Origin: Deinococcales bacterium
Lineage (GTDB): Bacteria; Deinococcota; Deinococci; Deinococcales; JAAFIG01
DNA length: 38,910 nucleotides
Reading direction: 5' to 3'
Assembly: GCA_031414595.1 (NCBI GenBank)
Contig: JANNVX010000058.1
Span: 1-38,910, forward strand
How positions within the stretch are numbered: the stretch's first letter is position 1; each line of letters begins with the position of its first letter. The notes under the pieces are model-generated. The model saw only the letters and a list, made by a program, of their open reading frames with translations, searched no databases and was not told the origin of the DNA. Of the stretch, positions 9,446-18,291 are shown piece after piece. Position numbers and translations under genes: made by a program.

Positions 9446-11167
9446 GTGTATACTTTCTCGGTGAAAAGTGACCATGTTATTCAAGGTGGCGCACTCAATG
9501 CGTTGCGGGCTGCACATGAAGCTCTTAGGAAGTCCCGCAGTACCCGTAAAATTGAAAAAGGTGCGGGGCTTAGTAACGGGGCAATTGGACGTGTACTTCA
9601 ATCTGGTCTAGGTAATCCGTGGAATATATTGCAAAAGTTGCGCCAAGCCTATAGTGAAGAGGTTGCTCCGTTTATTGAACCTCTATTTTCAAGCCAACTC
9701 GAGAAACCAAATTTACTTGGGTACGTTAAAACTGATTTTTTTGAGAAATCAAATAATCTACTTGAATACTCTAATCAAAATCCGATAAGTTCCCCACCCG
9801 TTTTTGATAAAACCAAAGATACTTACGCGCTTCAAATACGAATTTTGCAAAGCAAAGAAGTGCTTTTGAGTTGTGTCAACCATTTGCTTGAAGTTCCAAA
9901 GACTCCTATTCACGGTATTAACCAAAAAATAGTTATTACTTTTGATGCTGAATGCTCGCCATTGTTGGGGCAAGATTGGTTCTATAACAGAATACGTGAA
10001 TTGCTCGAAAAGAAGGTTACTGTGGATACATTATGGCGTAGAGATATTGTATCCGGTACTTATTCACAACACTTTTTACGCTGTTTTTTTAACGCCCTTG
10101 CATATGATGAATTTAGCTTAGGGCGGCTTTTTTTTAGTAATTCCTCTAAGCGCACCCTAGATGCTATTTTGCACTCAGAGCGAGGGTTTTTAGTTATGAA
10201 CCTTCAAAATCCTGATATGCCAACTGGTCTATATATATCGTTGGAAGACTTTCCTATCTCAACAGAAGAGAAAATGATGTTGCTTCGTGGTGCGGTGGGT
10301 CAGCTTGTAGCAGGGCTTGAATCCATGCTAAGTGATTCAAGTAAGCCAATGATTGAATCTAAAACCAAAAGAGTCCACGACCAAGTGTTATATGAACATG
10401 AGCTTGCTCGAGTAGAAAAGCATCAAGGAAGCAGTTTTTTGCTAAAAGCAACCTTTAGCACACTTTTATACCCTGAGAATTGGTTTTTTGGCACTCCAGA
10501 CGCAGAGTATGACGAATGGTATGACCGTACCTTAACTCGCTACCTAAACTTATATCCGACATATGAAGCTCGAGAGAAAGTCAAAAAAATTATTGATGCT
10601 CGTAAAGAGCGATGTAGTGCATTTTTGGAAACAATTAAAAATAATATTGTTACACATTTGGTTTCTCGAGATGCAGTTGTTGATTACATCAAGACGGGTT
10701 TGCGAAGCGATTCATATGATGATGATATTCCTGATTCTTGGAAACTTAGGAAACGACGATTAGACACCTTGGAAGCATTTTTAGGAAATCCAAATTATCG
10801 TTTTGCTATGCTTACGAGGGAAGAATTAAAAAAAGCCACAGGCTTTAACCGCGATTTATTTGCTTTACCCGTTATTGGTGTGGCAGGTAGTAGTGTTATC
10901 TTTGAGTATGTAATGCCAAAGGATATGGTAATTTCGGACAAACCATTATCACCCAAGAAGCGAGTTCATACAACACTAAGGCATACTGCGCTCGCCGCAT
11001 TTCTAGTGGAAAGTGGTAATGAGTGGTACGAATCCACAAGTGCAAAAAATCGTGGACTAGCAGCTTTTGATTACCTAAAAAAACTTCTTAACGATCAAAG
11101 GAGTGGTGCAGCTTTAACAATGCAATCCATCCCACAAAGAAAAATTCTAAAAACTAGAGCGGCTTAG
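9446..11167 (+). CDS. Hypothetical protein with a possible N-terminal XRE-like helix-turn-helix
   Basis: 573-aa ORF divergent from the vWA operon. STRKIEKGAGLSNGAIGRVLQSG resembles an HTH. The remainder is not recognised and the start is uncertain (GTG 9446 or 9461). Confidence 0.7.
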   Translation: MYTFSVKSDHVIQGGALNALRAAHEALRKSRSTRKIEKGAGLSNGAIGRVLQSGLGNPWNILQKLRQAYSEEVAPFIEPLFSSQLEKPNLLGYVKTDFFEKSNNLLEYSNQNPISSPPVFDKTKDTYALQIRILQSKEVLLSCVNHLLEVPKTPIHGINQKIVITFDAECSPLLGQDWFYNRIRELLEKKVTVDTLWRRDIVSGTYSQHFLRCFFNALAYDEFSLGRLFFSNSSKRTLDAILHSERGFLVMNLQNPDMPTGLYISLEDFPISTEEKMMLLRGAVGQLVAGLESMLSDSSKPMIESKTKRVHDQVLYEHELARVEKHQGSSFLLKATFSTLLYPENWFFGTPDAEYDEWYDRTLTRYLNLYPTYEAREKVKKIIDARKERCSAFLETIKNNIVTHLVSRDAVVDYIKTGLRSDSYDDDIPDSWKLRKRRLDTLEAFLGNPNYRFAMLTREELKKATGFNRDLFALPVIGVAGSSVIFEYVMPKDMVISDKPLSPKKRVHTTLRHTALAAFLVESGNEWYESTSAKNRGLAAFDYLKKLLNDQRSGAALTMQSIPQRKILKTRAA

Positions 11168-11234
11168 CATATACAATTCTTGTAAGCTCTTGCTAAAGTC
11201 GGTTCAAAAGTTCAAAAGACTAATTGTTCATCGG

Positions 11235-11606
11235 TTAATTTTTGATGCGTAAACTGGCACGTTCACACAGCACTTCAAGCACCTCAAACATGCACAGCAC
11301 TTGATACTGACGAACCCGAGTTGGCTCGAGAACGGCTGTCTCGAGCCACAAACTGCCCTGCACCTCATCGTAACTGCTGCTCAAGTTGCCGCGAAAATCA
11401 TCTAAGTGCGTGACTGACCAAACCCGCACGCCACTAAACTCAAAAAAACATTGTTCTGTTCCCAAACCACCTTCAGAGGTGTACTCGAGATGTAAACTTG
11501 CCTCGAGTTTCAACACCCCCTGCACATATTCGAGACGCTGCAAGACCAGTGCTTCACGCCCCCGCAGAATCCCGTGCCTGGTTTTAATTGGCTGGTAGTG
11601 GGGCAT
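11235..11606 (-). CDS. Hypothetical protein
   Basis: 123-aa ORF starting 10 nt after the upstream stop, with an AGAGG RBS. No motif recognised. Confidence 0.6.
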   Translation of the reverse strand: MPHYQPIKTRHGILRGREALVLQRLEYVQGVLKLEASLHLEYTSEGGLGTEQCFFEFSGVRVWSVTHLDDFRGNLSSSYDEVQGSLWLETAVLEPTRVRQYQVLCMFEVLEVLCERASLRIKN

Positions 11607-11616
11607 AGCAGCCTCT

Positions 11617-12825
11617 TTACCTCACTTGTAACGCAAGCCTTTGCGCCTCGAGCAGCGCTGTCTTGGGGTCAAGTCCGCCTTTTAAGCTGCGTTCCATTTG
11701 GGCTTCGAGAATATCACGCCATTTTTGGTACTCGAGCAGGTGTGGTGGGTTGTAGGCTTTTTCTAAGGCTTCTAGCCCAGCTTTCATGATTGGTTCGCCC
11801 ACAAAATCACCCAAGGGTTTAATCGCACTTTGGCGCACTGGCAGGTAATAGGATTCTTTGACAAAACGCACCACATTTTCGGTACGGGTCAAAAATGCCC
11901 AGAATTCAAATGCGCCTTTGGTTTCGGCTTCGGGGTTGCCCTTGGGAATAATCAGTTGTGATTCGCCCGCTAAGGTACGTCCCGGCATGGCAGAAGCCCC
12001 AATTTGAAAAGGTAGGACATCTTTAACCAATGGGTAAGCACTGGTTGGAACAGTCACCATAAAGGCTTTGGTTCGTACCCAGTCTATGACCGCAAAGTTA
12101 ATTTCGGCAAAATTACGGACTATCGCTTTGCCACCACGGGTTAAGTCATACATCATTTGTAGGGTTTGCATCGAAGCGGTTGAATCAAAATCGGGTTTGT
12201 TGTTGTTATCTAAAATATTACCACCTCGGCTCGAGACCATCGAACCAAAAATCCAACCATCCACAAAAAAGATTGCGCCTTTGCTGGTGCGGTTGGTTAG
12301 GGCATTACTGGCTTTAATATAATCATCCCATGAACGCGGCGCAGCTAAACCCTTTGCCTTAAACGCATCGGCGTTATAGGCAGTAATCAAGGTACTGGCA
12401 GCCCAAGGCAAACCAAAACGCTTATTATTTACCTGCCCGTATTCCCAGATGGTGTCATTAAAATCTTGGACTGTGCCTTTGGGCAGTGTCTCGAGCAAGG
12501 ATGTGGCATCAAGTAACTGGTTGCCTAGGGCTAAGCGCGTAAAAAAAGCATTGTCTATCTGCACCAGACTGGGCAAATCACCTTTGGCTGCCAAAGCCGC
12601 TTGGAGTTTAATTTGAATGTCCTTAAAATCGCCCGGTTCAGCCACTTCGACACTGTATTTATTTTGTGAATTATTAAATTCCTTAGCAAAGGTTTTTATT
12701 AAAGCTGCACTACTTTCACTTCCAACATAATGCCAGAAGGTAATTTTAGTTGGCGCGGCGGCTCGAGACGACAAACCAAGCAAAGCGGCAGCCACCGCCA
12801 AAATAGGAAGAACAAGCCATTTCAT
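11617..12825 (-). CDS. ABC transporter substrate-binding protein (family 1, UgpB/sugar-like)
   Basis: Signal peptide, ITFWH, FNNSQ, GLPW...YNADAFK..GL.APRSWDD, and GAFEFWAFLT..YLPVRQSA motifs. Confidence 0.88.
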   Translation of the reverse strand: MKWLVLPILAVAAALLGLSSRAAAPTKITFWHYVGSESSAALIKTFAKEFNNSQNKYSVEVAEPGDFKDIQIKLQAALAAKGDLPSLVQIDNAFFTRLALGNQLLDATSLLETLPKGTVQDFNDTIWEYGQVNNKRFGLPWAASTLITAYNADAFKAKGLAAPRSWDDYIKASNALTNRTSKGAIFFVDGWIFGSMVSSRGGNILDNNNKPDFDSTASMQTLQMMYDLTRGGKAIVRNFAEINFAVIDWVRTKAFMVTVPTSAYPLVKDVLPFQIGASAMPGRTLAGESQLIIPKGNPEAETKGAFEFWAFLTRTENVVRFVKESYYLPVRQSAIKPLGDFVGEPIMKAGLEALEKAYNPPHLLEYQKWRDILEAQMERSLKGGLDPKTALLEAQRLALQVR

Positions 12826-12926
12826 AGATGTAGTCTATCAGGAATGTCGGATGAGCCTCATGAAAGAATTGTCAAGAAACCTTTTTGGTTGCCCCGCCGA
12901 CGTGCTTTTGACTTGATTCCTATTCT

Positions 12927-14564
12927 CTATTTGCGAGATTGTAACCAAATTTCAAGTGCCACAACCCGTTCCTCTACAAAATTAAGATGCTCGCCACGTT
13001 CAAAACGATTCTCGAGAGTAACCAAAAAAGCCTTTGTACTCAATAATCCGTACTTGGCAAGATGACTCTGCTCAAAAAGTGCTTTCAAACCTTGAAATTC
13101 TTGAGCGAAACCAATGCTATGGTACGCACCCCACGTATCTTTTCCATGGCGCTTTAGCATTTTAGGATGATAACGGTGGGCGAAGCAGCGTTTGAAAAAT
13201 GCTCGAGCGCCCAGCTTATTGTCTATGTGAAGGGCTGGTGGAATTGCAAGCGCAATCTCAAGAGATTTTCTGGTTAAAAATGGGTAATGTTGACTGATTC
13301 CATATTTCCACAATACTGACTGCTCGAGTGAAAACGCAGCATGACTGTACAAAAGCTGCTTGTAAACATCTCTTCGAGTTTTTGGTAATTGATCATGCAA
13401 CCAGCCAATCAAAACCGCACTTTGAGCTTCGTTACTTAATTTAAGGTAAGTTGCCTGCTGAAGACAGTCTTGGTCATAATCTTGGTTTATCTGCCAATCA
13501 CGCTGATTGATTTGCATAAATTCTGAAAGTCGCCATAGTTGAGCTATCAATGCCACATAATTCTTGGTACGAATAAAATCTCCAAGAAAAGACAAATCTT
13601 CCCGAAAAGCATCACCGCCAACGCCGCAAATTAGACTATTCACACCAAGGAATTGAAAATGCAAAGCACGTTGTGTCTCGAGTTCACCACCAGCAATCGC
13701 AACATTAGGTTCATCATAATCTGTTGCGTACTGAACCCAGTTTTTATAATCCCAACACCCTGATATTGGCATCGTATCCATTTGTATATTTTCGCCAACA
13801 AATTCGACGGCAAACTCGGCAAAAACGGTATCCGTATTTCTATCGCCACTTCTGACAACGTGATGCAAGGCGTAAAGCTGTTCTGATTTAAGTTTTGCAA
13901 TGCTTAACAATAAACTTGAGTCAAAACCGCCACTCAATAAAACACCTACCGAATCAGATTCTGGCGATGCTTTAAGCAGTTCTGTTTCAAGAAGTCTTCC
14001 AAGTGTATCAACATCCGAATTGATTTTAACTTCGGGGATTTTAGCGAATTTCTCGGCGTAAACTTCTTTTCGATTCAGTGAATAGGCATAATTCGGGCGA
14101 ACTCGAACGATATTCTTCCAAGGTGTGATTTCCCATTGCGGACTACTGGCATAATTCGCGGCAAGAAAAACCTCAAGGTAAAGTTTGTCTATTTCATTGA
14201 GGTTTAGATGTTGCCTAAGATTTTCTAAAGAAACTGAAATGGCAAAACTGTTTGGAGTACGTGAGTAAAATAATGGAATACTACCCATAATGTCTCGAGC
14301 TAAAATTATTTTATCGGGCATGACCAAAATTGCTGCAAAGTTACAAACCATGTCTTCAAGTGATTCAAAAAGTTGCAAATAACTACCAAATTGCTTGGCT
14401 TGTTCAAAGAATTTTAAGGTGGCTTTACGATACCCAACTTTTGTGAAAACCAATAACAGCCCTAGCTCGAGTGACTGCTCAAGAACAACCAATGCTTTAG
14501 GTAATTTGCCAAGAAGTTCAATTTGACTCTGGTCTTGGAGCTTAAAATTCCGCAATTCGATCAT
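12927..14564 (-). CDS. Lasso peptide cyclase (C protein, asparagine synthetase-like)
   Basis: LARDIMGSIPLFY, VLLSGGFDSS ATP-pyrophosphatase motif, GVGGD and YPFL. No N-terminal glutaminase Cys. Overlaps the B2 gene. Confidence 0.88.
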   Translation of the reverse strand: MIELRNFKLQDQSQIELLGKLPKALVVLEQSLELGLLLVFTKVGYRKATLKFFEQAKQFGSYLQLFESLEDMVCNFAAILVMPDKIILARDIMGSIPLFYSRTPNSFAISVSLENLRQHLNLNEIDKLYLEVFLAANYASSPQWEITPWKNIVRVRPNYAYSLNRKEVYAEKFAKIPEVKINSDVDTLGRLLETELLKASPESDSVGVLLSGGFDSSLLLSIAKLKSEQLYALHHVVRSGDRNTDTVFAEFAVEFVGENIQMDTMPISGCWDYKNWVQYATDYDEPNVAIAGGELETQRALHFQFLGVNSLICGVGGDAFREDLSFLGDFIRTKNYVALIAQLWRLSEFMQINQRDWQINQDYDQDCLQQATYLKLSNEAQSAVLIGWLHDQLPKTRRDVYKQLLYSHAAFSLEQSVLWKYGISQHYPFLTRKSLEIALAIPPALHIDNKLGARAFFKRCFAHRYHPKMLKRHGKDTWGAYHSIGFAQEFQGLKALFEQSHLAKYGLLSTKAFLVTLENRFERGEHLNFVEERVVALEIWLQSRK

Positions 14565-14898
14565 ATTCCTTTAATGACTCCAAACTTTGCGAAATGGGTA
14601 TCTGATTGACTTCTACCCAAGCATGGGACGCAACAGGTTCATGTTGCACGCCAAATACCACAACACCACAAATATTATTTTTTCGTAATAAATGTACCAG
14701 AAGTGTAGACCTGACTAAGCAAGTGCAGTCAAAAGGTGCAAGGCTACAGACAAAATTAACAAGTCGTACAAATGATTTAGCTTGTTTTGGCTCGAGCTTG
14801 CCACGAGGTACACCAATAAAATGTGTAACTGCATTAATACCCTCACGTTCAATCGAGCGGCGTACTCTTGGCAACATCCAAGCTGTGTAAATCAGCAT
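14542..14898 (-). CDS. Lasso peptide leader peptidase (B2, transglutaminase-like)
   Basis: TCLVRS (catalytic Cys), VVFGV and SHAWVE (His) motifs in a 118-aa protein. Confidence 0.9.
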   Translation of the reverse strand: MLIYTAWMLPRVRRSIEREGINAVTHFIGVPRGKLEPKQAKSFVRLVNFVCSLAPFDCTCLVRSTLLVHLLRKNNICGVVVFGVQHEPVASHAWVEVNQIPISQSLESLKEYDRIAEF

Positions 14899-15164
14899 GA
14901 TTCCTCAGTGATTAAATGATGTTGTTGCAGCAAAGCAATACTTTCTCGAACTGATTGCTCGAGTTCTAAATCTGTACCTTCAAATTCTTCTTTAAAGCAT
15001 TTGAGAATTTGTTCAAAATTAGCTGGTAGTGCTTGCCAAACAGCATTGATAATATCATCACCACGTAGCACTACATCGCCTGAAAAATGAATGAAGACAA
15101 CAGACTGATTTGCGGCATTGACACTGACCTTGACACTCTCGAGTGGTTTCCAAATGATGCTCAT
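14892..15164 (-). CDS. Lasso peptide RRE / PqqD-family protein (B1/E)
   Basis: 90 aa with beta strands followed by 'VWQAL...FEQILKCFKEEFE...LEQSVRESIALLQQHHLI', the PqqD winged-helix pattern. Lies between the ABC and B2 genes. Confidence 0.8.
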   Translation of the reverse strand: MSIIWKPLESVKVSVNAANQSVVFIHFSGDVVLRGDDIINAVWQALPANFEQILKCFKEEFEGTDLELEQSVRESIALLQQHHLITEESC

Positions 15165-16639
15165 GTTGCCTCGAGAATAGTTACTCGGTCATTGCTATCC
15201 CGTTGCAGTATCACCACATTATCCGCTAAACTCTGTACAAGTGGCTGGTGAGCAACCACGACGGTCTTGAGCTTCTGTCGATACTTTTTGATAATGCCAA
15301 CAGCTTTTTCGGCTAAAGCATCATTCATAGCGCTAAAACTTTCATCTAAATAGACTAAACGTGGTGAATCTGCCACTATTAAAGCCAGTGCCACCAGTTG
15401 TCTTTCGCCACCCGACAATTTAGCCAAGGGTAAGGTCAAATCTGTTACTTTAAGAAGCCCAAGTAATTCTTGAGAAACTTCTGCTTTTACCTGTGGTAAG
15501 TCCAATATTTCTTGTAAAGTCCAATCTGGAAACTCGAGTCGCTGATGTAAATACCGAACATTTTTACGTTCACCATGATTAAATAAGGCTGACATCAGAG
15601 TTGTCTTACCAACGCCTGTTGCTCCTGTTAGAACCGTTAGCCCCTGTTTAGGCTCGAGTTGCAAAGCTGGTAGTGGTGGTTGTTCGGGTTCTCGAGCTAA
15701 AAAAGTTTTGATACGGTCAAATGCACCTGAAAGTTGGCTATGCTGCGACCAAGCGTCTATAACTGTGTTTATATCGTTAATAAAGTGACTTGCATACATT
15801 GATAAAGCAATTGCTAGACCTGTACTGACTGTTCCATCTTGAATCTGAGGAAGCAAAAAGACAAAACCTAATGGTGTAAGCAAAAAGTTGAAGAAAACAA
15901 AACTATAACTAGCCAGTGTAGTTTGAACACTTAAACGTTGGGCTTTTTGAATCGCAGTATTAAATTTTTCTTCGTAAATTTTTGATTGACGATTAAAAAC
16001 TGTTATTTGTACAAATTGTCCGACTCCCATAATAAGATTTTCTAATTTCTCTGTAACTTGTCCCCAAGCACCATAATATGCCTTACTTGACTTTTCAACA
16101 CTTTTATTGAGCCACCAAGGAATCCACAGTGCTAAAATCGTATAAATCAGAACAAAAATTGTTAAAGATATAGACTGTGTAAGTAAGATTGCAAATCCAA
16201 TGACAGCTTTCAAAAAACCAAAACTCGCATCCTGTATCATTCGCCAATATATTCTGTACTCGGTCGCATCGTTCATCGCAAGTTGCAATGTTTCAGGGTT
16301 CAATTGCTGATTAATATCTGTGTCTGTATGTATTTTAAGTTTTAAGACAAGTTGATTACGAATAGATTTCATAGCTCCCATTGCTAGAGTGGAACGAGCA
16401 AATGAAAGCAAGGTAGCAAAACTAATTAAAAGTATTACCAAGCCCACATAAGTAAAGACAAATTTAGGCATTTGCTCAAGGCTTTTCTTACCTAATACTT
16501 CATCCACAACTAAGCGGTAAACTTGTGGAAAGGTAGATTCCACTATCGCCATTCCAATGACAGAAAAAATCAAAAGACCGAGTATTTTCGGATCAAATGA
16601 GTTGGGTTTTAATGAACGGTTCTTTTCTTGATTGATCAT
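15161..16639 (-). CDS. ABC exporter, fused TMD + compact NBD (lasso D protein)
   Basis: Multi-TM N-terminus, Walker A GATGVGKT, LSGGE signature, Walker B LVYLDE and VVAH. ATGA overlap with the RRE gene. Confidence 0.85.
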   Translation of the reverse strand: MINQEKNRSLKPNSFDPKILGLLIFSVIGMAIVESTFPQVYRLVVDEVLGKKSLEQMPKFVFTYVGLVILLISFATLLSFARSTLAMGAMKSIRNQLVLKLKIHTDTDINQQLNPETLQLAMNDATEYRIYWRMIQDASFGFLKAVIGFAILLTQSISLTIFVLIYTILALWIPWWLNKSVEKSSKAYYGAWGQVTEKLENLIMGVGQFVQITVFNRQSKIYEEKFNTAIQKAQRLSVQTTLASYSFVFFNFLLTPLGFVFLLPQIQDGTVSTGLAIALSMYASHFINDINTVIDAWSQHSQLSGAFDRIKTFLAREPEQPPLPALQLEPKQGLTVLTGATGVGKTTLMSALFNHGERKNVRYLHQRLEFPDWTLQEILDLPQVKAEVSQELLGLLKVTDLTLPLAKLSGGERQLVALALIVADSPRLVYLDESFSAMNDALAEKAVGIIKKYRQKLKTVVVAHQPLVQSLADNVVILQRDSNDRVTILEAT

Positions 16640-16656
16640 ACTTCACCATAATAAAC

Positions 16657-16679
16657 GGATGCCACATTTTGTGGCATCC
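16657..16679 (-). promoter_or_regulatory. Intergenic hairpin between the precursor and ABC genes
   Basis: GGATGCCACA-TTT-TGTGGCATCC, a perfect 10-bp stem. Confidence 0.65.
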
Positions 16680-16698
16680 CTAACAGATTTACAATAGC

Positions 16699-16833
16699 TT
16701 ACGGATTGAATTCTATTCTTATGTATCTTCCGTAATCCCCATCAGCTACAGGACCACCTTTAAGAATTTCAGTGAACGCATTTCCAAGAATTTTGAGTTG
16801 TGGTTTGCGGACTTGCTTTTTATTTTGCTTCAT
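16699..16833 (-). CDS. Lasso peptide precursor (A), 44 aa: leader MKQNKKQVRKPQLKILGNAFTEILK, core GGPVADGDYGRYIRIEFNP
   Basis: GAGGTG RBS before ATGATG (16836/16833). xxxPxLxxxG leader pattern. Gly-start core with Asp at position 8. First gene of the biosynthetic operon. Confidence 0.82.
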   Translation of the reverse strand: MKQNKKQVRKPQLKILGNAFTEILKGGPVADGDYGRYIRIEFNP

Positions 16834-16872
16834 CATCTCACCTCTGTATTGTATTCGCCCAATTTTTCCTAT

Positions 16873-16915
16873 AAAAAAAGAGCCGTCCTGAGTGGTACAC
16901 TCAGGACGGCTCTTT
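16873..16915 (-). terminator. Strong terminator-like hairpin upstream of the lasso precursor
   Basis: AAAGAGCCGTCCTGAGTG-GTA-CACTCAGGACGGCTCTTT, a perfect 18-bp inverted repeat (16877-16915), followed by a T7 tract on the minus strand. Confidence 0.7.
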
Positions 16916-17070
16916 GCAATTTTTTGAGCTTTAAGTCGTATATAACAATACAAATTGATTTTTGGATTTTGTACTTTCTCGAGTACCCATACTTTTTGAA
17001 TGTGATTATCTTCTTTGATTTAGTCGTCCCGCCGACCAGCTTTACCCTCGAGCAACGTTACACTAATCGC

Positions 17071-18237
17071 ATGAATATCGCTGTCTTATGTCATCCCTCG
17101 GCTGGTGGCTCTGGAGTTGTGGCAACCGAACTAGCACTGGCTTTGGTGGCTGGGGGACACCGTGTCCATATGATTGCCACCCAAGTACCTTTTCGCTTAA
17201 ATGCGATGCGGCTTCCAGACCTCGAGTTACCGAATTTAGACAATAATTTTGAACCCTTGGGCGGCGAAGTGATGTTCCATGAAATTCAAAATGCCAATTA
17301 TCCACTTTTTGACCAACCACTGACCAGCCTCGCAGCCGTCAATACTTTGGTCAGCGTGATTGAAGAACACAACATAGATTTGGTTCACGCCCATTATGCG
17401 ATTCCTCATGCCACCAGTGCGCTGCTGGCAAGGGATATGGTGGGCGGCAAGGTCAAAGTCGTGACCACGCTACACGGCACAGATGTAACCCTTGTTGGTC
17501 TCGAGCCAAGTTTTTTACGCACCACCCGTTATGCCATCGAAGCCTCGGATGCGGTTACGGCAGTGTCGGATTATTTGGCAGACCACACCAATACGGTCAT
17601 GGGCGCAAACAAAAACATAGATGTGGTGTACAACTGGGTGGATACAGAACGTTTTGCTCCGATTACTGACAGCACTTACCGCAGCCGTTTTGCTCGAAGC
17701 GACGAAAGCCTAATTGTTCACGCCAGTAATTTTAGGGAAATCAAACGCCCCAAAGATGTAATTCGCGTTTTTGCCAATTTATTAAAGCACCAAAAAGCGC
17801 GGTTGATTATGATTGGTGATGGACCTGAGCGCTTGCCAACACTCGAGTTAGCCAAAAGCATGGGCATTGCCAAAAATGTGCATTTTATTGGTTCTTTTCC
17901 CAATGTCGAAATGATTTTTGGTGTTGCCGATTTACTGCTGCTTCCCTCCAGTAAAGAGAGCTTTGGGCTGGTGGCACTCGAGGCAATGGCATGTGGTGTA
18001 CCCGTCATCTCGAGCAACGCAGGTGGACTACCCGAAGTGGTACTTCACGGAATAACTGGTTTTACCCTACCAATTGGCGATGTGGCGGGCATGTCTGAGG
18101 CTGCTATAACCGCCCTGGAGCAGTTGCCACAAATGCGAATCGCAACAAGAGAACGTGCCATTAAGGAATTTCACCCTGATGTAATCCTGCCAAAATATAT
18201 TGGAGTCTATGAACGTACACTAAAACCATTGGGGTGA
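17071..18237 (+). CDS. bshA: N-acetyl-alpha-D-glucosaminyl L-malate synthase (bacillithiol biosynthesis, GT4)
   Basis: GGSGVVATELA, HAHYAIPHA, TTLHGTDVTLVG, HASNFREIKR and ESFGLVALEAM motifs. True start is ATG 17071. Confidence 0.94.
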   Translation: MNIAVLCHPSAGGSGVVATELALALVAGGHRVHMIATQVPFRLNAMRLPDLELPNLDNNFEPLGGEVMFHEIQNANYPLFDQPLTSLAAVNTLVSVIEEHNIDLVHAHYAIPHATSALLARDMVGGKVKVVTTLHGTDVTLVGLEPSFLRTTRYAIEASDAVTAVSDYLADHTNTVMGANKNIDVVYNWVDTERFAPITDSTYRSRFARSDESLIVHASNFREIKRPKDVIRVFANLLKHQKARLIMIGDGPERLPTLELAKSMGIAKNVHFIGSFPNVEMIFGVADLLLLPSSKESFGLVALEAMACGVPVISSNAGGLPEVVLHGITGFTLPIGDVAGMSEAAITALEQLPQMRIATRERAIKEFHPDVILPKYIGVYERTLKPLG

Positions 18238-18291
18238 AATTGCCTGTTTTTTCTCGAGCAGTTATGTCCATTATCGCTTAGAATAAATCTT

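Noticed and set aside
6492-11234. att sites or target duplications bounding the vWA island
   Set aside because: No direct repeats or mobility genes could be found at either edge by eye.
12927-14564. Housekeeping asparagine synthetase AsnB
   Set aside because: It lacks the N-terminal Cys glutaminase start, and its context with B2, RRE and precursor genes indicates a lasso cyclase.
16931-16990. Short minus-strand ORF MGTRESTKSKNQFVLLYTT as a second precursor or leader peptide
   Set aside because: No RBS, no lasso leader motif and no Gly-start core with an acceptor residue.
16798-17070. 91-aa N-terminal extension of BshA and the 84-aa version of the precursor ORF
   Set aside because: Both extensions run through an AT-rich intergenic region and hairpin. 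BshA homology starts at 17071 and the precursor has its own RBS at about 16840.
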